A stretch of DNA of 64,000 nt from the NCBI RefSeq assembly GCF_965641715.1, contig NZ_OZ282453.1. The stretch is one strand, 5' to 3'. Made by a program: the position numbers and the translations under genes. Positions 20,845 through 32,495 of the stretch are shown in pieces. Source of the stretch: Escherichia coli (GTDB taxonomy: Bacteria > Pseudomonadota > Gammaproteobacteria > Enterobacterales > Enterobacteriaceae). Within the stretch, counting starts at the first letter, position 1. Every line of letters begins with the position of its first letter. Under the pieces are notes generated by a model. It saw only the letters and a list, made by a program, of their open reading frames with translations, was not told the origin of the DNA and did no database searches.

Positions 20845-22755
20845 GTGACGGACGATTTTGCACCAGACGGTCAGCTGGCGAAAGCGATACCAGGCTTTAA
20901 GCCGCGAGAACCACAGCGACAGATGGCGGTAGCCGTCACCCAGGCGATAGAAAAAGGCCAGCCGCTGGTGGTGGAAGCAGGAACCGGTACGGGCAAAACC
21001 TACGCTTACCTGGCTCCTGCGCTGCGGGCGAAAAAGAAAGTCATTATCTCGACCGGCTCAAAAGCGTTGCAGGATCAGCTCTACAGCCGCGATTTGCCAA
21101 CAGTCTCAAAGGCATTGAAATATACGGGCAATGTGGCGCTGCTGAAAGGGCGCTCAAACTACCTCTGCCTCGAGCGTCTCGAACAGCAGGCGCTGGCGGG
21201 GGGCGATCTGCCGGTACAAATCTTAAGCGATGTGATCCTGCTGCGCTCCTGGTCTAATCAAACAGTCGATGGTGATATCAGCACCTGCGTCAGCGTGGCG
21301 GAAGATTCACAGGCGTGGCCGCTGGTCACCAGCACCAACGACAACTGTCTTGGCAGCGACTGCCCGATGTATAAAGATTGCTTTGTGGTCAAAGCACGTA
21401 AAAAAGCGATGGACGCCGATGTGGTGGTGGTAAACCATCATCTCTTTCTGGCGGATATGGTGGTTAAAGAGAGTGGATTTGGCGAGTTGATCCCGGAAGC
21501 GGACGTCATGATCTTCGACGAAGCCCACCAGCTACCGGACATTGCCAGCCAGTATTTTGGTCAGTCACTCTCCAGTCGACAACTGCTCGACCTGGCAAAA
21601 GACATCACCATCGCCTACCGCACCGAATTAAAAGACACCCAGCAGTTACAAAAGTGCGCTGATCGTCTTGCCCAGAGTGCGCAGGATTTTCGTCTGCAAC
21701 TCGGTGAACCAGGTTATCGCGGTAACCTGCGTGAGCTGTTAGCTAATCCGCAAATTCAGCGGGCATTTTTACTGCTCGATGACACCCTGGAACTTTGTTA
21801 TGACGTGGCGAAACTGTCACTGGGGCGTTCCGCCTTGCTGGATGCGGCATTTGAGCGCGCCACGTTGTATCGCACACGGCTGAAGCGGCTAAAAGAGATC
21901 AATCAGCCGGGCTACAGCTACTGGTACGAATGCACTTCGCGCCATTTTACTCTGGCTCTCACGCCGCTCAGCGTGGCGGATAAATTCAAAGAGTTAATGG
22001 CGCAAAAGCCCGGTAGCTGGATCTTCACCTCAGCAACGCTGTCGGTGAACGACGATCTGCATCATTTCACCTCGCGGCTTGGGATAGAACAGGCGGAGTC
22101 GTTGCTATTGCCAAGCCCGTTTGATTACAGCCGCCAGGCGTTACTCTGTGTGCCGCGCAACCTGCCGCAAACCAATCAACCGGGTTCAGCGCGGCAACTG
22201 GCGGCAATGCTGCGACCGATCATTGAAGCGAACAATGGTCGCTGCTTTATGCTCTGTACCTCGCACGCCATGATGCGCGATCTGGCTGAGCAGTTCCGCG
22301 CTACCATGACGCTTCCCGTATTATTGCAGGGGGAAACCAGCAAAGGGCAACTGTTGCAGCAATTTGTCAGTGCCGGTAACGCGCTTCTTGTGGCAACCAG
22401 CAGTTTCTGGGAAGGGGTGGACGTGCGTGGCGATACGCTGTCATTGGTGATTATCGACAAATTGCCGTTTACCTCTCCTGATGATCCACTGTTAAAAGCG
22501 CGCATGGAAGATTGCCGTTTGCGCGGTGGCGACCCGTTCGATGAAGTACAACTGCCGGATGCGGTGATTACTCTCAAGCAGGGAGTCGGGCGACTGATTC
22601 GCGACGCCGACGATCGCGGGGTTTTGGTAATTTGCGACAATCGGCTAGTAATGCGTCCTTACGGCGCGACGTTTCTCGCCAGTCTGCCGCCCGCGCCACG
22701 CACCCGTGACATTGCCCGTGCGGTTCGTTTCCTTGCGATACCATCCTCCAGGTAA
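20845..22755 (+). CDS. yoaA: DinG-family ATP-dependent DNA helicase YoaA
   Basis: 636-aa ORF with Walker A (AGTGTGKT), DEAH box (FDEAHQL) and Fe-S cysteine cluster. Confidence 0.9.
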   Translation: MTDDFAPDGQLAKAIPGFKPREPQRQMAVAVTQAIEKGQPLVVEAGTGTGKTYAYLAPALRAKKKVIISTGSKALQDQLYSRDLPTVSKALKYTGNVALLKGRSNYLCLERLEQQALAGGDLPVQILSDVILLRSWSNQTVDGDISTCVSVAEDSQAWPLVTSTNDNCLGSDCPMYKDCFVVKARKKAMDADVVVVNHHLFLADMVVKESGFGELIPEADVMIFDEAHQLPDIASQYFGQSLSSRQLLDLAKDITIAYRTELKDTQQLQKCADRLAQSAQDFRLQLGEPGYRGNLRELLANPQIQRAFLLLDDTLELCYDVAKLSLGRSALLDAAFERATLYRTRLKRLKEINQPGYSYWYECTSRHFTLALTPLSVADKFKELMAQKPGSWIFTSATLSVNDDLHHFTSRLGIEQAESLLLPSPFDYSRQALLCVPRNLPQTNQPGSARQLAAMLRPIIEANNGRCFMLCTSHAMMRDLAEQFRATMTLPVLLQGETSKGQLLQQFVSAGNALLVATSSFWEGVDVRGDTLSLVIIDKLPFTSPDDPLLKARMEDCRLRGGDPFDEVQLPDAVITLKQGVGRLIRDADDRGVLVICDNRLVMRPYGATFLASLPPAPRTRDIARAVRFLAIPSSR

Positions 22756-22812
22756 TTTGTTACGGAGTATGGTATGATGCGCGCCTTTTTATTGATCTAA
22801 GCACGAAGACCC

Positions 22813-23508
22813 ATGCGAATTCTGGCTATCGATACCGCGACAGAGGCCTGCTCTGTCGCCCTGTGGAACGACGGTACTGTCAACGCTCATTTTGAGCTTT
22901 GCCCTCGTGAACATACTCAACGAATCTTACCGATGGTGCAGGATATCCTGACCACCAGCGGTACCTCCCTCTCTGATATTGATGCTCTGGCCTACGGGCG
23001 CGGCCCCGGTAGTTTTACCGGCGTGCGCATTGGTATAGGCATTGCGCAGGGGCTGGCACTTGGCGCGGCGCTGCCGATGATTGGCGTCTCCACGCTCATG
23101 ACGATGGCGCAGGGGGCGTGGCGCAAAAACGGCGCAACGCGCGTGCTGGCTGCCATTGATGCGCGGATGGGCGAAGTTTACTGGGCCGAATATCAGCGTG
23201 ATGAAAACGGCGTCTGGCACGGCGAAGAAACCGAAGCCGTACTCAAACCCGAACTCGTTCATGAACGGATGCAACAGCTTTCCGGGGAATGGGTGACGGT
23301 AGGTACAGGCTGGCAAGCCTGGCCGGATCTCGGTAAAGAGAGCGGACTGGTTTTGCGCGACGGAGAAGTTTTACTGCCCGCTGCAGAAGATATGCTGCCG
23401 ATTGCTTGTCAGATGTTTGCCGAGGGTAAAACGGTGGCGGTGGAACATGCCGAACCGGTTTATTTACGTAACAACGTCGCATGGAAGAAACTTCCGGGCA
23501 AAGAATGA
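22813..23508 (+). CDS. tsaB: tRNA t6A biosynthesis protein TsaB (YeaZ)
   Basis: 231-aa [21 protein letters not shown]..., inactive Kae1/YgjD paralog. Confidence 0.9.
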   Translation: MRILAIDTATEACSVALWNDGTVNAHFELCPREHTQRILPMVQDILTTSGTSLSDIDALAYGRGPGSFTGVRIGIGIAQGLALGAALPMIGVSTLMTMAQGAWRKNGATRVLAAIDARMGEVYWAEYQRDENGVWHGEETEAVLKPELVHERMQQLSGEWVTVGTGWQAWPDLGKESGLVLRDGEVLLPAAEDMLPIACQMFAEGKTVAVEHAEPVYLRNNVAWKKLPGKE

Positions 23509-23547
23509 ATCTTAAGAGTATGCCCTGAGAAAAAAAGGAGTCGCATC

Positions 23548-24129
23548 ATGGCGGTTCAAAAGAATGTTATCAAAGGCATACTGGCAGGTACGTTTGCGCT
23601 AATGCTGAGCGGTTGTGTCACTGTGCCGGACGCCATTAAAGGCAGTAGTCCCACGCCGCAACAAGATTTAGTTCGGGTGATGAGTGCGCCGCAGCTGTAC
23701 GTTGGTCAGGAGGCACGCTTTGGTGGCAAAGTGGTTGCGGTACAAAACCAGCAAGGGAAAACCCGCCTGGAGATTGCTACCGTACCGCTGGACAGCGGAG
23801 CCAGACCGACGCTGGGAGAACCTTCTCGCGGTCGCATTTATGCCGATGTGAACGGTTTTCTGGACCCGGTGGATTTCCGTGGACAACTGGTTACGGTAGT
23901 CGGGCCAATCACTGGTGCGGTTGACGGCAAAATCGGCAATACGCCCTATAAATTTATGGTGATGCAAGTAACGGGTTACAAACGTTGGCATTTAACCCAG
24001 CAGGTGATTATGCCGCCTCAGCCGATTGATCCATGGTTTTATGGCGGTCGTGGCTGGCCCTATGGCTACGGCGGATGGGGCTGGTATAATCCCGGCCCCG
24101 CGAGAGTACAAACAGTTGTAACTGAATAA
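23548..24129 (+). CDS. yeaY: Slp-family outer-membrane lipoprotein YeaY
   Basis: 193-aa ORF with lipoprotein signal peptide and lipobox (LSGC). Confidence 0.8.
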
Positions 24130-24333
24130 TTGCTTGTTTTTAAAGAAAAAGAAACAGCGGCTGGTCCGCTGTTTCTGCATTCTTACGGTAAAGATAAAAA
24201 TAAATAGTGACGCGCTTCGCAACCTTTTCGTTGGGTAATTATCAAGCTGGTAAGATGAGTTAATATTATGTTAACAACATGTTTATCACTTGGGGTTGCG
24301 ATGACGACGAACACGCATTTTAGAGGTGAAGAA

Positions 24334-26019
24334 TTGAAGAAGGTTTGGCTTAACCGTTATCCCGCGGACGTTCCGACGGAGATCAACCCTGACCGTTATC
24401 AATCTCTGGTAGATATGTTTGAGCAGTCGGTCGCGCGCTACGCCGATCAGCCTGCGTTTGTGAATATGGGGGAGGTGATGACCTTCCGCAAGCTGGAAGA
24501 ACGCAGTCGCGCGTTTGCCGCTTATTTGCAACAAGGGTTGGGGCTGAAGAAAGGCGATCGCGTTGCGTTGATGATGCCTAACTTATTGCAATATCCGGTG
24601 GCGCTGTTTGGCATTTTGCGTGCCGGGATGATCGTCGTAAACGTTAACCCGTTGTATACCCCGCGTGAACTTGAGCATCAGCTTAACGATAGCGGCGCAT
24701 CGGCGATTGTTATCGTGTCTAACTTTGCTCACACACTGGAAAAAGTGGTTGATAAAACCGCCGTTCAGCACGTAATTCTGACCCGTATGGGCGATCAGCT
24801 ATCTACGGCAAAAGGCACGGTAGTCAATTTCGTTGTTAAATACATCAAGCGTCTGGTGCCGAAATACCATCTGCCAGATGCCATTTCATTTCGTAGCGCC
24901 CTGCATAACGGCTACCGGATGCAGTACGTCAAACCCGAACTGGTGCCAGAAGATTTAGCCTTCCTGCAATACACCGGCGGCACCACAGGTGTGGCGAAAG
25001 GCGCGATGCTGACTCACCGCAATATGCTGGCGAACCTGGAACAGGTCAACGCCACCTATGGGCCGTTGCTGCATCCAGGTAAAGAACTGGTAGTAACGGC
25101 ACTGCCGCTGTATCACATTTTTGCCCTGACCATTAACTGCCTGCTGTTTATCGAACTGGGTGGGCAGAACCTGCTTATCACTAACCCGCGTGATATTCCA
25201 GGGTTGGTAAAAGAGTTAGCGAAATATCCGTTTACCGCTATCACTGGCGTTAACACCTTGTTCAATGCGTTGCTGAACAATAAAGAGTTCCAGCAGCTGG
25301 ATTTCTCCAGTCTTCATCTTTCCGCAGGCGGTGGGATGCCAGTGCAGCAAGTGGTGGCAGAGCGTTGGGTGAAACTGACAGGACAGTATCTGCTGGAAGG
25401 CTATGGCCTTACCGAGTGTGCGCCGCTGGTCAGCGTTAACCCATATGATATTGATTATCATAGTGGTAGCATCGGTTTGCCGGTGCCGTCGACGGAAGCC
25501 AAACTGGTGGATGATGATGATAATGAAGTACCACCGGGTCAACCGGGTGAGCTTTGTGTCAAAGGACCGCAGGTGATGCTGGGTTACTGGCAGCGTCCGG
25601 ATGCTACCGATGAGATCATCAAAAATGGCTGGTTACACACCGGCGACATCGCGGTGATGGATGAAGAAGGGTTCCTGCGCATTGTCGATCGTAAAAAAGA
25701 CATGATTCTGGTTTCCGGTTTTAACGTCTATCCCAACGAGATTGAAGATGTCGTCATGCAGCATCCTGGCGTACAGGAAGTCGCGGCTGTTGGCGTACCT
25801 TCCGGCTCCAGTGGTGAAGCGGTAAAAATCTTTGTAGTGAAAAAAGATCCATCGCTTACCGAAGAGTCACTGGTGACTTTTTGCCGCCGTCAGCTCACGG
25901 GCTACAAAGTACCGAAGCTGGTGGAGTTTCGTGATGAGTTACCGAAATCTAACGTCGGAAAAATTTTGCGACGAGAATTACGTGACGAAGCGCGCGGCAA
26001 AGTGGACAATAAAGCCTGA
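24334..26019 (+). CDS. fadD: Long-chain fatty acid-CoA ligase FadD
   Basis: Acyl-CoA synthetase motifs ([22 protein letters not shown]); start placed at TTG giving [14 protein letters not shown] (561 aa) as I recall it; the track ORF starts 22 codons upstream at ATG. Confidence 0.85.
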
Positions 26020-26038
26020 GCGTTAAGTCAGTCGTCAG

Positions 26039-26064
26039 ACGCCGGTTAATCCGGCGTTTTTTTT
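26039..26064 (+). terminator. Intrinsic terminator after fadD
   Basis: Stem ACGCCGG/CCGGCGT with TTAAT loop, followed by 8 T. Confidence 0.8.
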
Positions 26065-26088
26065 GACGCCCACTAAAGAGAATACAAT

Positions 26089-27216
26089 TTGAATTACCAA
26101 ATGATTACCACGGACGATGCGCTGGCTTCTTTGTGTGAAGCCGTCCGTGCCTTTCCGGCGATAGCCCTGGATACTGAATTTGTTCGTACGCGCACTTATT
26201 ACCCGCAGCTGGGGTTGATTCAACTTTTCGATGGCGAGCATCTGGCGCTAATTGATCCTCTCGGGATCACCGACTGGTCACCGCTGAAAGCGATCCTGCG
26301 CGATCCGTCCATCACAAAATTTCTCCATGCAGGCAGTGAAGATCTGGAAGTGTTCCTCAATGTCTTTGGCGAATTACCACAACCCCTGATTGACACGCAA
26401 ATCCTTGCTGCCTTCTGCGGACGCCCGATGTCATGGGGTTTTGCTTCCATGGTGGAAGAGTATTCCGGCGTTACGCTGGACAAGAGTGAATCGCGCACCG
26501 ACTGGCTGGCCAGACCGCTGACCGAACGTCAGTGTGAATATGCAGCGGCGGATGTCTGGTATCTGTTACCGATCACCGCCAAGCTTATGGTAGAAACGGA
26601 GGCCTCCGGCTGGCTACCAGCGGCGCTGGATGAATGCCGCCTGATGCAAATGCGTCGTCAGGAAGTCGTTGCGCCGGAAGATGCCTGGCGTGATATCACC
26701 AATGCCTGGCAATTACGCACACGCCAACTGGCCTGTCTGCAACTGTTAGCCGACTGGCGACTGCGCAAGGCGCGAGAGCGCGATCTGGCGGTGAACTTTG
26801 TCGTGCGTGAAGAGCATTTGTGGTCGGTAGCGCGTTATATGCCGGGAAGTTTAGGCGAACTGGACAGCCTGGGTTTATCCGGTAGCGAAATCCGCTTTCA
26901 CGGTAAAACGCTGCTGGCGCTGGTGGAAAAAGCGCAGACATTGCCGGAAGAGGCCTTACCGCAGCCGATGCTTAACCTGATGGACATGCCGGGTTATCGT
27001 AAAGCGTTTAAAGCGATTAAGTCGCTGATTACTGACGTGAGCGAAACGCACAAGATCAGCGCCGAATTGCTGGCATCGCGTCGGCAAATCAACCAACTGC
27101 TGAACTGGCACTGGAAACTGAAACCGCAGAACAATTTGCCGGAGCTGATTTCCGGCTGGCGTGGTGAGCTGATGGCGGAAGCATTACACAATTTATTGCA
27201 GGAATATCCGCAGTAA
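26089..27216 (+). CDS. rnd: Ribonuclease D
   Basis: 375-aa ORF, DEDDy 3'-5' exonuclease domain plus HRDC domains. Confidence 0.9.
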   Translation: MNYQMITTDDALASLCEAVRAFPAIALDTEFVRTRTYYPQLGLIQLFDGEHLALIDPLGITDWSPLKAILRDPSITKFLHAGSEDLEVFLNVFGELPQPLIDTQILAAFCGRPMSWGFASMVEEYSGVTLDKSESRTDWLARPLTERQCEYAAADVWYLLPITAKLMVETEASGWLPAALDECRLMQMRRQEVVAPEDAWRDITNAWQLRTRQLACLQLLADWRLRKARERDLAVNFVVREEHLWSVARYMPGSLGELDSLGLSGSEIRFHGKTLLALVEKAQTLPEEALPQPMLNLMDMPGYRKAFKAIKSLITDVSETHKISAELLASRRQINQLLNWHWKLKPQNNLPELISGWRGELMAEALHNLLQEYPQ

Positions 27217-27222
27217 AATTTT

Positions 27223-27265
27223 CCGAAGCCGGACTGGGCGCGCTCAGCGCCACATCCGGCTTCGG
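27223..27265. repeat. REP-like extended palindrome between convergent rnd and yeaX
   Basis: 11-bp perfect stem CCGAAGCCGGA/TCCGGCTTCGG enclosing a GC-rich inner palindrome; GCCGGA/TCCGGC cores typical of REP elements. Confidence 0.6.
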
Positions 27266-27269
27266 CAAA

Positions 27270-28235
27270 CTACAAATCCAACACCAGGCGTTTACCCTTC
27301 GCACGCGAACAACAGATCAACATACTTTGCTGGCTGGCACGCTCTTCATCGCTAAAATACTGATCCCGATGGTCAGCTTCACCTTCCAGTATTGCCGTTT
27401 CGCAGGTTCCGCATACCCCTTCACGACATAAACATTCCACTTTCGCGGCTTTATTATTTTCAATAACCTGCAAAATAGTCATCTCTTCCGGCACCACAAA
27501 CTCTTTTCCGGAACGGGCAAGCACCAGGGTAAATGCATCGCCGGTTTTGTCTTCGATAGCAAATTGCTCAAAGTGCAGCGTATCGGCAGCGATGTCCAGA
27601 CGCGCAGCTTCACTTCTTACCGCTTCAATTAGCGCCTCGGGGCCACAGGTATAAACGTGTGTGCCAGGTTCGATATCCGCCAATAATCGCGCTAATTCCA
27701 GTCGTGTTCCGGTTGATGAATGATGCAAATGGACTTTCTCAGCCTGCGGATGCTGGACTAGCTCATCACGAAATGCGCATCTTTCTGGATTTCGCGAGCA
27801 GTAATGTAGCTGCCAGTCGACGTCGCTGTGTTGCAACTCTGCCATGTGCGACAGGAAAGGGGTGATACCAATACCGCCCGCGATAAACAGATGCTTTCTG
27901 GCTGAGGGAATTAGCGCAAACAGGTTATTAGGCGTTGAGATCGTTAACCGATCGCCCACTTTTACCTGCTGATGCAAAAAGCGGGAACCGCCGCGCGAGT
28001 TTTCTTCCAGTCGAACGGCAATCTGATAACTAGAGGTGTTATGCGGTGAACTCAGTAGTGAATACGCATTGCTGTACTGGTTATCACCATCGCTCATCTG
28101 CACTATGATGTGACTTCCTCCGGTGAACGCAGGCAGCGGTTTGCCATCGGTTGCCACCAGCGTGAAGCGTTTCACCTGTTCGGTAAGCGGTTCCACCTGA
28201 CTCACCTGTACTTCAAACATTTGATAGTCTGACAT
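27270..28235 (-). CDS. yeaX: Oxygenase reductase subunit YeaX (FNR-like flavin domain plus 2Fe-2S ferredoxin)
   Basis: 321-aa ORF; C-terminal plant-type ferredoxin cysteines (CREGVCGTC...C); reductase partner of the adjacent Rieske oxygenase. Confidence 0.85.
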   Translation of the reverse strand: MSDYQMFEVQVSQVEPLTEQVKRFTLVATDGKPLPAFTGGSHIIVQMSDGDNQYSNAYSLLSSPHNTSSYQIAVRLEENSRGGSRFLHQQVKVGDRLTISTPNNLFALIPSARKHLFIAGGIGITPFLSHMAELQHSDVDWQLHYCSRNPERCAFRDELVQHPQAEKVHLHHSSTGTRLELARLLADIEPGTHVYTCGPEALIEAVRSEAARLDIAADTLHFEQFAIEDKTGDAFTLVLARSGKEFVVPEEMTILQVIENNKAAKVECLCREGVCGTCETAILEGEADHRDQYFSDEERASQQSMLICCSRAKGKRLVLDL

Positions 28236-28290
28236 TGCTGTACTCCATCAAAAATCAGCCCGGCGGCGGAAAATACCGCCGCCGATGTCA

Positions 28291-29415
28291 TTAGTCCTTA
28301 AATACCTGCGCCAGCAGATTATGGAAATGGGCGATACCATGTTCGGAAATGCCGCTACCGCTACTGTCGGCCATGATGCGCCCCTGACCACGATAGCCAC
28401 GCGATTTCAGCCCTTTCTGTACGCTTTCAACCAGACGTAAATCTTCCGGACGGAACACATCGCGATACCACTCAATCAGCGATTTTTGCTCGTCGGTTAA
28501 CTCTTCATTGGTGAAGTAAATATCGTAGTTTTGCAGGGTAGTTTCAGAATCCACCGGGAATTCATAAATGACCGTCATCATCCCTTTGATCGGGGTGACG
28601 TTCAGCATCGTGCACGGCCACAGCCAGAAACCGTGGAATGCCGCATCCGTACCCTCTTCAAATTTAAACGACTGTTCGGACGGTTTGGCGAAACCGTATT
28701 GCAGCGTCCAGTTACCGTGCATGGTGTGCCAGTAACGATCAACCTGAACGGAGTCGGAGAAACCTGGATGCGCCGGACCACAGTGATAGCACTCGAGATA
28801 GTTATCGACAATGTTCTTCCAGTTGGCAGGCGTGCGGGTGGTAAAGCGGGCCGCCAGTTTCAGGTCGTGGACTTCCGGGCAGGCTTCCAGCACTTTCGCC
28901 CCCAGACCGGGTAACTGATCTTCTACGCTGGAGGCGTTGGGGTCCATGTTGATGAAGACGAATCCGGCATATTCTTCCAGACGTACTGGAACCAGTTGCG
29001 CTTTGTCGCTATCGAAATTGGCGACGTTTTCGCAGTTACGTGCATGGGCCAGATTGCCATCGAGTTTGAATGCCCATGCGTGATATGGGCAGGTAATCAC
29101 ATTTTTTGCTTTTCCTTCACCGCTCAACAACTGATGACCACGGTGCGGACACACGTTATAGAACGCGCGCAAAACCTTATCACGACCGCGTACCAGCACG
29201 ATGCTTTCGCCAATGATCTCACGCGTCACATAATCATTGGCATTCGCCAGTTCGCTGCTGTGAGCGACGCAAATCCAGCTTTTGGCGAAGACGTTCTCTT
29301 TTTCGTGTTCAAAGGCGTTCTGATCGGTATAAAAACGGGCAGGAATGGTCCACGCCTCTTGCGGGTTAGCGCAAAAATTTTCGGGTAGTACAAAGTCAGG
29401 GCTCAGATTGCTCAT
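28291..29415 (-). CDS. yeaW: Rieske 2Fe-2S non-heme iron oxygenase YeaW (carnitine monooxygenase-like)
   Basis: Rieske motif CPHRG...CPYHAW; start set at MSNLSPDF (374 aa), track ORF extends 40 codons upstream. Confidence 0.85.
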   Translation of the reverse strand: MSNLSPDFVLPENFCANPQEAWTIPARFYTDQNAFEHEKENVFAKSWICVAHSSELANANDYVTREIIGESIVLVRGRDKVLRAFYNVCPHRGHQLLSGEGKAKNVITCPYHAWAFKLDGNLAHARNCENVANFDSDKAQLVPVRLEEYAGFVFINMDPNASSVEDQLPGLGAKVLEACPEVHDLKLAARFTTRTPANWKNIVDNYLECYHCGPAHPGFSDSVQVDRYWHTMHGNWTLQYGFAKPSEQSFKFEEGTDAAFHGFWLWPCTMLNVTPIKGMMTVIYEFPVDSETTLQNYDIYFTNEELTDEQKSLIEWYRDVFRPEDLRLVESVQKGLKSRGYRGQGRIMADSSGSGISEHGIAHFHNLLAQVFKD

Positions 29416-29446
29416 AGGGATACCTTTATCGTTAGGATGATGGCGC

Positions 29447-31057
29447 TCAGTTGTCGCCTTTGAATACGGTTCCCGCAGGGAGCACTGGTGTTTTTTCCAG
29501 GGCTTCAACCGGTGTCTGCGGGAGATAATGTTCAACTTGATGAGCCGGAATGTCGGCGTAATCCTGTTTCAGCCAGCGAATAAATCCGCCGACTTTCACC
29601 AGTAAAATGACGAGGAAGGGAAGGGCTGTGAGCACGACGGTGGTTTTCATCGTTTCCAGCGAAGCACCGGTAAACAAGATGGAAAGCGGGATCAGAGTGA
29701 TCACCACGCACCAGAAAAGACGCAGCCCACGGTCAGGATCGTCACCTTCCTGGAGATTACGCGTACTGGTCGCCGCCATGGTGTAGGCCACTGCATCCAT
29801 ATGCGAGGCAAGGAAAATAATCATTACGCCCAGGTATGCGGCGAGGAACAATTTACCGGCTGGCAACGACATCAGAACTTGCTGTACAGCTGTTTCGCCG
29901 CCCAGTGTTTCCAGCACCTGTGGGACGTTGATTACGCCATTGATAAACTGATGAATGGCATAGCTTTCCATTACGCCGAAGAAGAACCAGCAACCGACGG
30001 TGCTGCCGAGGATCAGTCCCCAGATAACTTCTTTAATCTTACGACCGCGGGAAACGCGGGTGACAAACATTGCTACGCCAGGGGGGTATGAGATCCACCA
30101 CAGCCAGTAGAAAACGGTCCAGTTGCGGGTAAATGAACCATCGCCAAGCGGATCGGTGAATAAGCTCATTTGCAGGAAGTTTTGCGTGGTCAGACCGATG
30201 GCATTGATGATGCTGTTGGTAATAAATTCGGTTGGACCGACAATCAGCACCAGTAATGTCAGCAGGAACGCGCCCCAGCCAACCATTTTGCTCAGACGTT
30301 GCAAACCGTTGTTGATACCAATCCATGAGCTTAGGCAAAAAATGCCGCCGGAAAGCAGGATCACAAATGCCTGCACGGTGAAGTTATCGGGTAAACCGGT
30401 CAGTGCGGAAAGTCCGCGAGTAAAGGTTGCTGCGGTGACAACAAGGGAAATAGTCAGTGCGCCGACAGTGGCGATCAGGAACATCAAATCAACCAGTTTT
30501 CCCCATGGGCCTTGCGGGCGAACGCCGGTAATCGCGGCAATAATGCCGGAAAGACTCAGACCTTTGTTTTTCCGCACATGAAAGTGATAAGCCATGATTA
30601 ATGAGGCCAGCGTATAAGTTGCCCAGGCGCTGATGCCCCAGTGGAAGAAGGAGTAAGGGACGCTAAATTCGAGTGCCTGTTGTGAACGCGGTGCGATATT
30701 TAATCCAGGCGTTTGATAATAATAGGCCCATTCAGCAACCCCCCAATAAAGCGTAGAAGAACCTAAACCGGCACAAATAAACATAAACAGCCAGGAGAGC
30801 GTGCTGTATTCCGGTTTTCCTTCGCCAAGACGAATATTGCCGTATTTACTGGTGGCTAAATAAATCACCAGTCCCATTGCCAGCAAAACCAATACCTGTA
30901 CGGCGGAACCTAACGTACGCGTAACAAAAGTGTATATTGCGTTGGCCGCGTCGGCCGATTGTTGTGGGAAAAGGCTTAATGCAGCTGCGATGAAAAGAAT
31001 GGCCACCAGGCTGATGCTTATCAGCGGCACATCTTTTTTCTTAACATTGCTCATCAT
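29447..31057 (-). CDS. yeaV: BCCT-family (betaine/carnitine/choline) transporter YeaV
   Basis: Polytopic membrane ORF with Trp-rich BCCT signature region ([14 protein letters not shown]); true start codon uncertain, full track ORF given. Confidence 0.8.
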   Translation of the reverse strand: MMSNVKKKDVPLISISLVAILFIAAALSLFPQQSADAANAIYTFVTRTLGSAVQVLVLLAMGLVIYLATSKYGNIRLGEGKPEYSTLSWLFMFICAGLGSSTLYWGVAEWAYYYQTPGLNIAPRSQQALEFSVPYSFFHWGISAWATYTLASLIMAYHFHVRKNKGLSLSGIIAAITGVRPQGPWGKLVDLMFLIATVGALTISLVVTAATFTRGLSALTGLPDNFTVQAFVILLSGGIFCLSSWIGINNGLQRLSKMVGWGAFLLTLLVLIVGPTEFITNSIINAIGLTTQNFLQMSLFTDPLGDGSFTRNWTVFYWLWWISYPPGVAMFVTRVSRGRKIKEVIWGLILGSTVGCWFFFGVMESYAIHQFINGVINVPQVLETLGGETAVQQVLMSLPAGKLFLAAYLGVMIIFLASHMDAVAYTMAATSTRNLQEGDDPDRGLRLFWCVVITLIPLSILFTGASLETMKTTVVLTALPFLVILLVKVGGFIRWLKQDYADIPAHQVEHYLPQTPVEALEKTPVLPAGTVFKGDN

Positions 31058-31261
31058 GAGTCATCTCCTGGGCATAAAAGCCCGTCTCTGGCTTTTGCCA
31101 GTTGTAATTATTTGCAGGGTAATGAGTTGTATGTTGTGTTTAACAAATTGATTATTTGCATGTTACATAAATTAAACAATTAAGAATACGGAAAGCCATA
31201 AAACACGAAACGGAAACAATAAAAGGTGAAATGACGCAGGTTATTAACTGCAAAGAACGAA

Positions 31262-31288
31262 TAAAAAAACCGCGTCAGTGACGCGGTT
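31262..31288 (-). terminator. Intrinsic terminator after dmlA
   Basis: Minus-strand hairpin CCGCGTC/GACGCGG followed by U-run (A-run 31263-31269 on plus strand). Confidence 0.7.
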
Positions 31289-31307
31289 CAAATAAACTGG
31301 TTTGACC

Positions 31308-32393
31308 TTAACGCAAAATAATTTTGCAAATCGCGTCGGCAACCTGTGGCGTGGTGGCACTGCCTTTCATATCCGGTGTTTTCGGCCCGTGAGCAATCAC
31401 TTCTTCAATCGCTGCCAGAATACCGTTATGCGCTTGCTGGAAACGCTCATCGCCATTGCCGAGAAAATCGAGCATCATTGCACCGGCCCAAATTGTGGCG
31501 ATAGGGTTAGCAATATTTTTCCCGTAGATATCCGGCGCGGAACCGTGGACAGGCTCGAAGAGCGACGGGAAAGTGCGTTCCGGATTCAGGTTGGCGGATG
31601 GGGCAATGCCAATGGTGCCGGTGCAGGCCGGGCCAAGATCGGAAAGGATATCGCCAAACAAATTGGACGCCACCACCACATCGAAGCGTTCCGGCTGCAT
31701 CACAAAACGCGCGCAGAGAATATCAATATGCTGCTTGTCCCAGCGGATCTCCGGGTAATTCTCGGCCATTGCTTCCACTCGCTCATCCCAGTACGGCATG
31801 CAGATGGCTAAACCGTTTGATTTAGTGGCAGAAGTTAGCGTCTTACGTGGGCGGCTTTGCGCAAGTTCGAAGGCATAACGCAAAATGCGATCGACACCAC
31901 GACGCGTAAATACCGATTCCTGAATGACGACTTCATGCTCTGTACCTTCATTCACTCTACCGCCGAGCGAGGAATATTCGCCTTCGGTGTTTTCCCTGAC
32001 CACGTAAAAATCGATGTCGCCAGGCTGTTTTCCCGCCAGCGGGCAGGGAACGCCAGGAAAGAGACGAACCGGGCGCAGGTTGACGTACTGGTCGAATTCA
32101 CGACGAAATTTCAGCAGCGAACCCCACAACGAAATATGGTCCGGAACGGTGTCCGGCCAGCCGACGGCACCAAAATAGATGGCGTCGAAACGGCTAAGTT
32201 GCTCATGCCAGTCGTCCGGCATCATTTTACCGTGATGGCTGTAATACTCGCAGCTCGCCCACTCCATTTGCTCAAAACTCAAGGCGAAGCCCCAGCGCTC
32301 AGCGGCAGCCTGTAACACGCGAATCCCTTCAGGAAGGACTTCTTTGCCAATCCCGTCTCCCGGGATCGCAGCAATACGCATCGTTTTCATCAT
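31308..32393 (-). CDS. dmlA: D-malate dehydrogenase (decarboxylating) DmlA (YeaU)
   Basis: 361-aa ORF of the isocitrate/isopropylmalate/tartrate dehydrogenase family. Confidence 0.9.
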   Translation of the reverse strand: MMKTMRIAAIPGDGIGKEVLPEGIRVLQAAAERWGFALSFEQMEWASCEYYSHHGKMMPDDWHEQLSRFDAIYFGAVGWPDTVPDHISLWGSLLKFRREFDQYVNLRPVRLFPGVPCPLAGKQPGDIDFYVVRENTEGEYSSLGGRVNEGTEHEVVIQESVFTRRGVDRILRYAFELAQSRPRKTLTSATKSNGLAICMPYWDERVEAMAENYPEIRWDKQHIDILCARFVMQPERFDVVVASNLFGDILSDLGPACTGTIGIAPSANLNPERTFPSLFEPVHGSAPDIYGKNIANPIATIWAGAMMLDFLGNGDERFQQAHNGILAAIEEVIAHGPKTPDMKGSATTPQVADAICKIILR

Positions 32394-32495
32394 TGGGTTC
32401 TCACTTCCTGACCATCAAAATTGACAACATCACCATCCTATAATTGACTGAAAAGGAATTAATCCCTGTAACTGGTGAAACATAAAACACGAATC

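Noticed and set aside
24268-24333. 22-codon upstream extension of fadD from an ATG
   Set aside because: The FadD protein as I recall it begins MKKVWLN from a TTG codon; the extension is hydrophobic junk. Residual uncertainty because this is from memory.
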